From positions 70,184,001 to 70,248,000 of the forward strand of contig NC_043006.1 in NCBI RefSeq assembly GCF_006345805.1: DNA of 64,000 nt, read 5' to 3'. Each line of letters begins with the position of its first letter. The first letter of the stretch is position 1. The notes below the pieces were generated by a model that made no database searches, was not told where the DNA came from, and was given only the letters and a program-made list of their open reading frames with translations. The translations under genes and the position numbers were made by a program. Origin of the DNA: Octopus sinensis. Its lineage: Eukaryota. Shown here piece by piece: positions 24,615-36,356 of the stretch.

Positions 24615-25345
24615 CAGGGGTCGGACAAAATAACGGAAACACCTAGCATCATAACTTTGAAATATCTATAAAATCGTCAAAAGCTTGTTTATTTTAATGG
24701 TTTTTGATTTATTATTAGTGTTGCTTAATATGTTTTGCTAAAATTGCAGTTTCTTTTCAGATATCATGAGAAAAAGGTAAATAAAATTCATTAAAATGAC
24801 AGATCTATCGGACTTTCAAAGAGGTCAAATTGTTGGTGCTCGAATGGCAGGCGCTTCCGTAACGAAAGCAGCCGAAATGATTATTGTATCAAGAAGTACT
24901 GTCTCGAAAGTAATGACAACCTTTGAGAAAGAGGGGAAAACCTCCTCGTCGAAACAAAACTCCGGAAGAAAACCAAAACTTTCAGATAGGGACCGTCGGA
25001 CTCTTACGCGAATTCTTAGAAAGGATAACAAAAGTACAGCTCCCAAAATTACTGCAGAGCGTAATGACCACCTCGAGAACCCAGTTTCCACAAAAACTGT
25101 TCGTCGGGGGCTGCACAAAGCCGGATTTCACGGGAGGGCTGCAATCAGAAAACCACTACTTTCAAAAACAAACATTGCAAAGCGTTTAGAGTGGAGTAAA
25201 AACCTACAGAATTGGTCCCTAGAGTAGTGGAAGATTGTTATTTTCTCGCACGAGTCATCCTTTGCCTTTGTTCCGACCACCGGCCGAGTATACGTGTGGA
25301 GACAGCCAAAAGATGCATTTGACCCAGACTGTCTTCTTCTAACTG
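24615..25345 (+). mobile_element. Tc1-like transposon, 5' part, truncated by the gap
   Basis: TA followed by CAGGGGTCGGACAAAATAACGGAAACACC; ORF 24796-25227 DLSDFQRGQIVGARMAG..SGRKPKLSDRDRR (paired-like HTH); a stop precedes KIVIFSHES. Confidence 0.88.
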
Positions 25346-25445
25346 NNNNNNNNNNNNNNNNNNNNNNNNNNNNNNNNNNNNNNNNNNNNNNNNNNNNNNN
25401 NNNNNNNNNNNNNNNNNNNNNNNNNNNNNNNNNNNNNNNNNNNNN
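25346..25445. other. Assembly gap (100 N)
   Basis: Seen directly; true size unknown. Confidence 1.
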
Positions 25446-26629
25446 CAGTAAGATCGTTTCAATTATATTTTTTACCAATCAAAATGGGTTATGCATATAA
25501 TGAATTATGTAAACTCAAACGATATTAAATTAAAGACATTCTTATCATTTCTTCGGACTAGTTACAAATGTATCCCCGAAAAATGGTATTGGTTTACATA
25601 TCAGAATTTAGGCTATTAAATAGATGAACGAAGATCGGTCATGAGAGAGGGAATTGAAATTAAAACGGCTGGTTGTTACACTAGTTTTTCATTGTTAATG
25701 GTTGCTGTATTATGGGAAAGATTTTGTATAGTGGAGTACATATGTATTTCACTGTATATCTGTTAAATAACTTACGAAGAAAAATTTATTCATGATCGGG
25801 TGGTCGGCGACTAAACCGGCTCCTCCAATTGAGTAACTTGCTACTCACGTGAGGAGGGTGCCTGGGCCTTCACCAGGACTAATAAGATCTGTAGAAGACT
25901 TGATGAGATCTTTGTAGGCCAACGGCCATTCAATTGGCGGATTCAGTGGCAATCATCTCAGTTTACCTGCCAAGAAAACACTATGAGAAAGTCAAAATGA
26001 AGTAATGTTATGGCTTCCTCCGTTGGGAGAACACTACTTAATCGGGAAGAATTTCGATGTACAATCTTCAATGAGCTGCAAAAGCCTACAAGACAAGACG
26101 ACAACTTGATGGATATTCCATCATGCTGATTGATAAAAAAATCTATTGATTATTCAAAGGATTGTGATTCAAAATGTAATACCGTCATTTTCATTCTTTT
26201 GTTTCTGCGATAAAAGTATTGACCTCATTTCTCTGGATTTACACTTTGCATAGAATAACATTTAGATTAAGCGAACACTTTCTTCTGATATTATTCCTCA
26301 GATATTCTGTTAGGTACGATCTCACGTAAAATGCTGTCAGGAATACGGGTACTCGTCTGGATTTCCTAAATCCCTATTATATATATATATATTATCTATA
26401 TATATATATATATATATCAGGTGTAAGAACAACAAGCAAGTATAATAGTTTGACTCTCGGGAAAAATGGAAAAGTCTTTTACGTTTCGAGCCTACGGTCT
26501 TACAGGAAGAAATAAGAGAATAAAAATAACGTTTGTGCGTATATATATTTATATATATTTATGTGTGCGTGTGTATGCATATATGTGTGGTGTGTGTGTG
26601 TGTGTGTGTGTGTGTGTACATGCATGTGA

Positions 26630-26925
26630 AGGTGTATGGCGCAGTGGTTAGATTGATTCCCGGACCGGGCTGCGTGTCGTGTTCTTGAGCAAGACACTTT
26701 ATTTCACGTTGCTCCAATTGACTCAGCTGTAGAAATGGGTTGCGACGTCACTGCTGCCAAGCTGTATCAGCCTTTGCCTTAGATAGCATCGGTAGTGTAG
26801 AGAGGAGAGACTGGTATACTTGGGCGACTGCTGGTCATCCATAAACAAACTTGCTTGGACTTGTGCATCAGAGGGTAACTTTCTAGGTGCAATCCCATGG
26901 TCATTCATGACCAAAGGGCGTCACC
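26630..26925 (+). mobile_element. Family C-core SINE with an alternative 3' tail
   Basis: CTTGAGCAAGACACTTTATTTCACG core with GGTAACTTTCTAGGTGCAATCCCATGGTCATTCATGACC tail; second copy at 53670-53968. Confidence 0.8.
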
Positions 26926-27272
26926 TTATATATGCGTATATATGTGTGTGTGTCTGTGTGTGTGTGTATAAATATATGTATGTATATATATGTATATATA
27001 TATATATGTATATATATATGTATATACATATGTATATATCAAAATAAGCAACAGGCATATCCAGAGGTAATGCAGTACGATCGTTTCAAGCAACTCCATT
27101 TAATTGAACAATGCAATCATTACATCAATTTTAATGCAGAGCAATCCTCAGCTTCGAGCGTGGACTCGAAACGTTAAAGACTTTTTCACTTCCCGAGCGC
27201 TAACCTAACACATCTGTTTGTTGTCTACACCACCTGTCTTCGTCTTTTGCTTTATTTTTGTGTGAATTTTCC

Positions 27273-27311
<39 letters not shown>

Positions 27312-27859
27312 TATATACATATATATACATATATATGTACATATATATACATATATATATATACATATATATACATATATATATATACAATATATACATA
27401 ATTATATACATATATACATATATACATATATATATACATATATATATACATATATACATATATACATATATATATATACATATATATATACATATTGATA
27501 CATATATATATATATATATAATATATATATATATATATACATATATATGTATGTATATGTATATGTATTGCGTCAGTGTCTGTGCATGTGTATATATTGC
27601 TAGGCGTTAAAATATGCTAGAACACAAGATAATCTGTATCATTAGCCATTAAATAGAATATCTCCGGAAATTTTGCTGAATGTTTCAGTTCATCTGAAGC
27701 TCGTCAAAGACAAAAGAAGATAGACTTTTTGCATGCTGTCGCTGTTTATAGCAGTCGAGTTAAAGCAAATCTTGTGCAGGAAAAGGCGAAACGAATAATC
27801 GTGTTTGCTAAAACCTGTAGAAATGGAAATTCCGGTGAATCGAAAACTATTTACTCTTT

Positions 27860-28265
27860 TACTCTTTACTCTTTTACTCTTTTACTTGTTTCAGCCATGC
27901 TGGAGCACCACCTTTAGTCGAGCAACTCGACCCCGGGACTTATTCTTTGTAAGCCCAATACTTATTCTATCGGTCGCTTTTGCCGAACCGCTAAGTGACG
28001 GGGACGTAAACACACCAGCATCGGCTGTCAAGCAATGCTAGGGGGACAAACACAGACACACAAACACACACACACACACACATATATATATACATATATA
28101 CGACAGGCTTCTTTCAGTTTCCGTCTACCAAATCCACTCACAAGGCATTGGTCGGCCCGAGGCTATAGTAGAAGACACTTGCCCAAGATGCCACACAGTG
28201 GGACTGAACCCGGAACCATGTGGTTGGTTAGCAAGCTACTTACCACACAGCCACTCCTGCGCTTA
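27860..28265 (-). mobile_element. Family B SINE, full length
   Basis: Complete head to (TTTTACTC)n tail. Confidence 0.88.
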
Positions 28266-28639
28266 TATGTTGATGAAAGTATATTTGAGAATGTTCTCGC
28301 GTAAATTACTATAACGGGTTAATATTTTACTTTGTTCTAATTATTTTGCTCTAAATATTTATTAAAGACGGCGAATAAATGTTTTGATTCTATCAGACAA
28401 TCTGTGTTGTAACCTTTTGATACATAAATTACTTATTCTTCTCTGTTGAATATTGTAAAGCAACATCGATATGAATATCTATACAGTTATGCAATTATAT
28501 ATTATGTTAAACAACACAAAAGACATCAAATCAAATGTAAGATACACAAACATACATACACGCATATATATAAACACAGATATGACAGATCATTAAAATT
28601 TATTTAAATCTCAAATTATACATTCAAATTATTTATTAA

Positions 28640-28790
28640 TTGTTACAATCACTCTATTAACTATAGAAGGGGGGATCCCAAGGTCTTCTGCGATTTTACG
28701 CTGACTGTGTCCATCTTCAGAATGACCCACAATACGGCCTCTTGAAATTCAGACAGTTCCAAGGCTTCCTTTGCACATGGCATGATTAAA
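28640..28790 (-). pseudogene. Tc1 transposase N-terminal fragment
   Basis: With one frameshift reads [38 protein letters not shown]. Confidence 0.7.
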
Positions 28791-28969
28791 TAGTCACATA
28801 TAGAACCTGAAGCATAAAATTGTCAATTAATAAAAAATATAAACCTTTACAAGTTATAATAAACATAAAATGATGTTTTAGGCGTAGGAGTGGCTGTGTG
28901 GTAAGTAGCTGGCTTACCAATCACATGGTTCCGGGTTCAGTCTAAGCAAGCTACTTACCACACAGCCAC

Positions 28970-29370
28970 TGAATGTTTGCAGGGGTTGAGAACAAGCTCA
29001 AGATGGTCCATGAACCTCTTCTTGGGTCCCCGTGCGGGCGAACACCGGTTGATAACTCTCCGAAGAAGACCGTTTTCGGGGAGACGATTATCAGGTATCC
29101 TGATAACATGGCCGACCCATTTTAGAAGACGGCGTTGGATGATGGCTTCAACGCTGGATATTCCTGCTTGCTGGAGAATTTCTGTTTGGCGGACTTTACC
29201 TTTCCAAGTAAAGCGTAAAATTCGTTGGAGACAATGGATGTGAAATAACTCTTGCTTCCTCACATGATGGCGGTATAAGGTCCAGCATTCGCAGCCATAC
29301 AGTAATGTTGGGATGACAACGGTGAGATAGACAGCAATCGTAGTGGTAAGACTCAGATTTTTGTTTAAAA
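28970..29370 (-). mobile_element. RTE-clade LINE C-terminal fragment
   Basis: VVIPTLLYGCECWTLY..FHIHCLQRIL..W..KV...EIL..AGI.S.EAII..R.LKWVGHVIRIPDNRLP. Confidence 0.85.
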
Positions 29371-29396
29371 AATATATGCATGCATACATACATACA

Positions 29397-29987
29397 TGGT
29401 GGCTGCCCCCTCGTTATCGAGTATGGCCATTGCACGAAGCTTAATCAATGTTGTTATCGTGCAATGCCTATGCAAGAAGGTTTTTTTTAAAGTGAGGAAA
29501 GGCTGTGCACTGAGTCAATCCCACTCACTAAGCAACAGCAGCCATAATCCGAAAAGAAGAACAAGTCAACATCATCAGTAACTACTGAGCCGCAGGTTTT
29601 ATGTCGGAGTTATCCCAGTTACGTGAGTTACCTTCTCCTAGAAGGATGCCCTAACAAAGACTAGGAGCCCTTCACTCCCAATAGTTTAACCGCGCGATCG
29701 GGTATTCAGTCCGATTATTTCTATGTCCCCGCGCATGATACAGCCTTAAGACATTTATTGGATGGCCGTTGACTCTCAAGAGTTCCCCCGCCCTTTGACG
29801 GGTTTTGTTTTTCATCCCGCAGGGCGTCCAATAAACACCCTCCTCACCAAGCAAGCTTGGTGGGGTTGCCGGTTTAGTCGCCAACGACCCGACCATGCAA
29901 CAGGTTGTACAGGGCTACATGTTACCAGTAGCACTCGAAAGTGACCTGACATAATTACCAGTAGCACTCGAAAGTGGCCTGACATAA
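29397..29987 (-). mobile_element. ~590-bp non-coding element Y in (TATG)n, with a 33-bp 5' tandem duplication
   Basis: 5' module shared with 25791-25935; 3' end GGCCATACTCGATAACGAGGGGGCAGCCA shared with 45627-45656; duplication 29922-29954 / 29955-29987. Confidence 0.6.
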
Positions 29988-30063
29988 ACAAACATACATA
30001 CATACATACATACATACATACATACATACATACATACATACATACATACATACATACATACAG

Positions 30064-30720
30064 AGAGGATCCCCTTGTTATTGAATACGTACACAAATAT
30101 CAGCACACGGAATACCTATTTCTCTACTACCCACAAGGGGCTAAACATAGAGGGGACAAACAAGGACAGACAAAGGGCTTAAATCGATTACATCGACCCC
30201 AGTGCGTAACTGGTACTTAATTTATCGACCCCGAAAGGATGAAAAGCAAAGTCGACCTCGGCGGAATTTGAACTCAGAACGTAACGGCAGACGAATTACG
30301 GCTACGTATTTCGCCCGGCGTGTTAACGTTTCTGCCGGCTCGCCGCCTTAAAACACACGGAATACTGGTGGAACATTCCCATCAAAACACTTGTTAGGTG
30401 TAATCATAACAAACCGGATAGTGTTGAGTCAGACGGGAAAAAAGTATGTATCGTCATAGATGTCAGCTGTCCTACTGATCTGAAAATCAAAGAGAAAGAA
30501 GATTACTATGGACAACTGCTTCGAAATATCCAGCTTCTATATCCAGATTACAAATTTACATTTATACCTATAATAACTGGTGCACTTGGTTTCGTGAGTA
30601 AATGGCTAACTGAGGGTCTAATTAGCTTGGATATTCAGGAAAAAACAATCAACCAATTAACTCGCACATTACAAATACAATCTATAAGTGGTACCTAAAA
30701 AAACATGCAAGACGTTTATT
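30064..30720 (+). mobile_element. REL family 3 fragment interrupted by a family A SINE (30116-30350, minus)
   Basis: YWWNIPIK..CNHNKPD..IDVSCP..YGQLLRNIQLLYPDYKFTFIPII.GALG; 12-bp TSD CACACGGAATAC at 30104-30115 and 30354-30365. Confidence 0.82.
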
Positions 30721-31696
30721 TCTCTTTTACTCTTTTACTATTTTACTAGTTTCAGTCATTTGACAGCGACCATGATGGAGCACTGCCTTTAGTCGAGCAA
30801 ATCGAGCCCCAGGACTTATTCTTTATAAGTCTAATACTTATTCTATCGGACTCTTTTGCCGAACCGCTAAGTTACGGGGACGTAAACATACCAGCATCGG
30901 TTGTCAAGCGATGCTGGGAGAAAACAAAGACACACAAACATATATACACACATATATATACATATATATATAAATATACACACATGCTCAAAAACGATTT
31001 ACGAGTGATCTTTCGTTATTTTCTCTTCTATGCCTGCGTGAATTGTTTTTGAAAATACATTGTCTGGGAGACTCTTCTTATAGTAGGAGAAATAGCTAAA
31101 TTCTTTGGCTGCTATTTCTAAAAGTTCGGTGTGTGGTAAAGTATATTTTTTTGCTGAACCCTAATTATATAAAGTAATGTTTAAATATACCGTAAATGGT
31201 CCTTTTACATACTGAACACTGCTTGGTAAAATTATTAATTACTAATTAATTAATTTTACCCTTATTATTATACACACATATATATACATATACATATATG
31301 ATGGGCTTCTTTCAGTTTCCGTCTATCAAATTCACTCACAAGGCTTTGGTCGGCCCGAGGCTATAGTAGAAGACACTTTCCCAAGGTGCCACGCAGTGGG
31401 ACTGAACCAGGAACCATGTGGTTGGTAAGCAAGCTACTTAACACACATGCGCCTACATTCTATTGATGGAGCTTTGTATCTTTATGAGATTTAAATTCTT
31501 CCTCAGGGGAAGAATTTAAATAATTAAAAACAGAAGAGAACCATGCATGCGTACGGATACAGGCAGACATGCCAGCGGGTGAACAAATGAGACGCTATTT
31601 ACTTGGAGCTGTGGATATTAAATTTAGGCTGGCTCAGCACTACATTGCTTAAAGAGAGATACATAAATACATGCATGCATACATACATACATACAT

Positions 31697-31735
<39 letters not shown>

Positions 31736-31997
31736 CATACACACACGCACACATACACTCATGGACATAACAACCACGCAAAGAATCTGCCCTTTCTGAT
31801 GGAGTTGGTGTCGGTAACGATCTGACATTATTCACTACAATACTATGTGACCCTCACCAATAGCAGCTTATCTGCCAGTAACCATCTTGGACTCCTTGGA
31901 CCTCTCTATTCAGCATTCCAGAAGCCTGAAGGAGATGGACTCCCTTTAGGGGCCTGCAAAACTTGAAGTACCACAGAACCAAATCAAACTGTTTTAA

Positions 31998-32069
<72 letters not shown>

Positions 32070-32122
32070 ATTAAAATATTTGTTGTGCAAGATTTTTTAT
32101 GTGAAGTCGTGTGTTGAAACAG

Positions 32123-32395
32123 ATATTGTTATATTTCGGAATGGTCATATTGCCAGTTTAGCCAATAAAAACACACGCACTATATATTTGGTGTTATTTT
32201 GCTTCAGTGTTATTTGTTTTTTTACATTAATCTTAATCTTATTTCACAGGAGTGTGACGAAAGAACTCTGGCCGAAATAAGATTAAGATTAATGTAAAAA
32301 ACAAATAACACTGAAGCAAAATAACACCAAATATATAGTGCGTGTGTTTTTATTGGCTAAACTGGCAATATGACCATTCCGAAATATAACAATAT
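32123..32395. repeat. Near-perfect 122-bp-arm palindrome with a 28-nt loop
   Basis: 32123-32245 equals the reverse complement of 32274-32395 except for a T7 versus A6 run. Confidence 0.93.
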
Positions 32396-32413
32396 ATATA
32401 TATATATATAATA

Positions 32414-32475
<62 letters not shown>

Positions 32476-32725
32476 AGTATGTATGTATGTATGTATGTAT
32501 GTATGTATGTATGTATGTATGTATGTATGGTATGTATATACATATACTCATATATATATATATATACAATTGCAGCGTGGAAGGTATTATAAGCCATTTA
32601 AAAACACACAAAAACCGACCCTTCAACATTTAAATTTAATTTGTCAAAATAATATTTTCTTCGTTTGGAGACCGCGACATGTTCACTGACAAAATTCTGT
32701 GCTGCATTTATACACACACACACAC

Positions 32726-32869
<144 letters not shown>

Positions 32870-33178
32870 ATATAAGATCCAAGGATCGAGGTGTAGGAAG
32901 AAAGTTAGCTTCAACCAATCCGTAGTAAATATAGAAATCAACTTTCAGAGACAATAGTGGTTTATTGAAACGGATGGTTGCGGAGTTTTTCCTATCGAAG
33001 TACGATAAACTGAAGAAAGACCAGCGTTGCCGGGTATGCGAATAAGAATACAATAGTTAAAGAATAGAGAAGTTCCTTAACTCATATATATATATATATA
33101 TATATATGGATGAGTGAACAAATGAAAGACTTCTCGGCACATTTATTTGGAGTTACGAATTACATGTTTTGAAGACTA

Positions 33179-33238
<60 letters not shown>

Positions 33239-33504
33239 GTGTGTGTGTGTGTGCGTGTGTGTGTGTGTAATCCCTGAATATGTCAAGGTATTGCCATTGT
33301 CATGTATATGAAGACCTCCCCCTGCAGTCATTGACGCATAAATCTCTGAATCTAATCACCTGCTTATTGACAAGCCCATCGTTCGTGTAAGGACGGAAAG
33401 CATAAGAAAAGTATTCGGTTTCTCTCCTTTCTTAAAATTATCGATATAACTGACCCAAAAGTATGTTATTTATGCAACTGACCATTTATATTTTCTTGTT
33501 TCTG

Positions 33505-33770
33505 TAGAGGCGCAAGGCCTAGTGCTTTGGCTGTCTACTCACGATCGATCGATCATGGGTTCGTTTCCCAGCCCGGGCGTCACGTTGTTCTTGAGCAAAA
33601 CACTCCACACGTTGCTCTAGTCCCCCTTTCGATCAAGGGAAGGTGCTGGTCTTCTCGCCTAGCCATCGAGGCTAGGAGGCGTCGTTCGAAGACTGAAACT
33701 ACGCAAAAGAGCATTGTGGCCAGCGATGTGTAACAACATCTAATAGTCTGATTGGTCACGTGAAATCACA
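33505..33770 (+). mobile_element. Family C-core SINE with a third tail type
   Basis: GGGTTCGTTTCCC B-box; GTTCTTGAGCAAAACACT core. Confidence 0.65.
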
Positions 33771-34613
33771 TGGCGTGATCACGAGATTTCACCGTTTCTA
33801 TATATCATATACCTGCAGCGTGAAGTAATGAAGCAGTTGATAGGCAATATTATCTATGTCTGAAAACACGTGATCAACCGATTAGACGTGTTTGGCTGGC
33901 GATCATAATGTCGTGGACTAAATTTCTGGACCAGATAGCGCAATGAGTTCTTGAACAAGGCTCTTCGTTTCTTGTTACTCCAATTTATTCGGCTGTGGTG
34001 AGTGCCAGCTGGTTTCTGAATGGTACAACTTAGCATCTGCTCGATTCTTCCAGCTTTATGCCACCGGACTAATTGTGCGAGGCCAAGATGACTGTATCTG
34101 TCTACTGCATCTATTTACAAATACACTGGCTGCCAAAACAATTAGAAACGGACGGCATTTTTTTAATTTATATTATTCAAGTAAAAGAGTTCGTTTTAAA
34201 TTAAAAGGATAAAGGGAAAAGACAAACGGTAAAATGGGGCTTGGCGCGAGGCAAAGATAATATGGAGATGGCACAAGAACCATTCACATGTCACCAGGGC
34301 ACATCGTGCCAAACCTACATTACATCATGGACAGAGAGCTGGAGAACATTCTCGAGTAGAATCGTATCAATACTCATTCCTTCAGCATCCAAGCTGTGCA
34401 AGCAGTGCATACAAGCAGTACAAACATCAAGCAGTATGGCTGTCCACGTTATATGATCCCACAATATATTTCCCACGTTAATCGTGAATAATATGCTTGC
34501 AAAACCTTCGATCTCATTAAAAAGGTTAGCTTTCACGAAAGCTGATCCTTCTCTTGACACTTTCACCTTCCACGTCTAGATACCAGAAATCCCACACGAT
34601 ACATATATACTTG

Positions 34614-34671
<58 letters not shown>

Positions 34672-35419
34672 CGTGTGTGTGTGTGTCTGTGTGTGTCTGT
34701 GTGTGTCTGTGTGTGTCTGTGTGTGTGTATATGTGTGTGTATGCTACAGTACAGCGGTATACGTCTTCAGAAAGCATTTTGCGTAGACGTGTAGAGCTGC
34801 AAAAAGCACACAATTACTTATAGCAGACGAAAGCGTCCAACAGAGGTTGTTCAGTTGCAAGATCTAGGATTTCTGCATCCTTGAGCATCGTCAGTAACCC
34901 GTAGTGTTCCCTATCAATCGCATTCTTAGACAATTCTAGCCTCTATTGATATAAACAAACAGTGATTAACAAATCACTGGTATTGCAAATAACTGACAGG
35001 CTGGGTAAAAATTTATTATTTGGAATGGAGAGGCATTAGTTCAAAATAGCATTCTGTATTCCCTACTTAACGTTGACATACTGTAAGAAAGCTACAATAC
35101 TGCAGTATACATCTTCAGAAAGCACCTCACAGATATATAGTGCTAAAAAGCATGGAAATATCAGTAGTAAACGAAAGGCCTCCAGCAGCTATTTGCAACA
35201 CCAGCGAGTTGTTATTCCCTGCTTTTTTTTTTATAACAGTAGTGACGAAATTTGTCCATAGTAGATACTTACCACTGATGACTTGCAATTATGCAGAAAT
35301 GCTGGTTATAGTAATTTCATCGCCGCTACTGGGCTCTTCTCGTCTGCTATTGGTAAATTTGTGCTTTTTTGGCACTATATGTCCATACGAGAAATTCGGA
35401 TAAATTCATATTCGATCCG

Positions 35420-35731
35420 CAGAATAGAAAACAAATTTGTCATTCACTACTCTCTGTTTCTCTTTCTCTCACGTCCTCTCCATTTCTCTCTCTCTTTTTC
35501 TCTTTCTCTCTCTCTCTCTCCCACACGCTCTATCTCTCTCACCGATACACAAACTCTCTCTATCTCTCTATCTCTATCTCTCTCTCTCTATCTCTCTCTC
35601 TCTCTCTCTCTCTACCTCACACACACACACACACTCTCTCTCTCTCACTCTCACTCTCCCTAGCTCTGACTCGCTCAATCTCTTTCTCTCTCTCACACAC
35701 ACAAACTTACTCAATATCTCATACTCTTTCA

Positions 35732-35764
<33 letters not shown>

Positions 35765-36178
35765 ATTCTCTCTTGTACCTTCCCTCGCTTTGTCTCTCTA
35801 CCTCTCTGTCTGTCTCTCTCCCCCCTCTATCGCTCTCTGCCTCTCTGTCTCTCTCTCTCTGTATCTCTCTCCCTCTCTGTCTCTCTCTCCCTCTCTGTCT
35901 ATCTCTCGCTTTTCCTCTCCCTCTGTGTGTGTCTTTCTCTCTATTTCTCTCTCCCTTCTCTCCCTCTCTGTCTGTCTCTCTTTTCCTCTCCCTCTGTGTG
36001 TGTCTTTCTCTCTATTTCTCTCTCCCTTCTCTCCCTCTCTGTCTGTCTCTCTTTTCCTCTCCCTCTGTGTTGTATGTCTCTCTATTTCTCTCTCTCCCTC
36101 TCTCTCTCTCTTTTCCTCTCCCTCTGTGTGTCTCTCTCTCTATCTCTCCCTCTCTGTCTGTTCTCTATCTTCCTCTCC

Positions 36179-36210
<32 letters not shown>

Positions 36211-36215
36211 CTCCC
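35420..36215. repeat. CT-rich compound microsatellite with about 70-bp higher-order repeats
   Basis: CTCTATTTCTCTCTCCCTTCTCTCCCTCTCTGTCTGTCTC recurs near 35940 and 36010. Confidence 0.85.
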
Positions 36216-36356
36216 CACTTTTGTTATCCTGCCAAATCTATACATATAAACACATTACTGTATCCCACAGCTGTAACACATGGTAACACATAAGGACACG
36301 CGCAAACACAAACGTTAAATATTTGTTTCACTGTAGACATGACAATTGCACTAAAC

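Noticed and set aside
25446-25790. Continuation of the Tc1 element after the gap
   Set aside because: No catalytic-domain codons or right TIR are visible; adjacency across the gap is unreliable.
29830-29897. Twister ribozyme reading of the element Y module (UAA ... GAGGG)
   Set aside because: It lacks the GC-stem-UCCCAAGC loop needed for the two pseudoknots; kept only as an unclassified structured motif.
34122-34500. Possible Tc1 left end (TACACTGGCTGCCAAAACAATTAGAAAC) and decayed ORF
   Set aside because: No partner TIR and no convincing transposase translation.
35272-35310. CTGATGA..TGCA-ATTA-TGCA..GAAA hammerhead candidate
   Set aside because: No plausible stem III or UH cleavage site and only a 3-bp stem I; likely chance.
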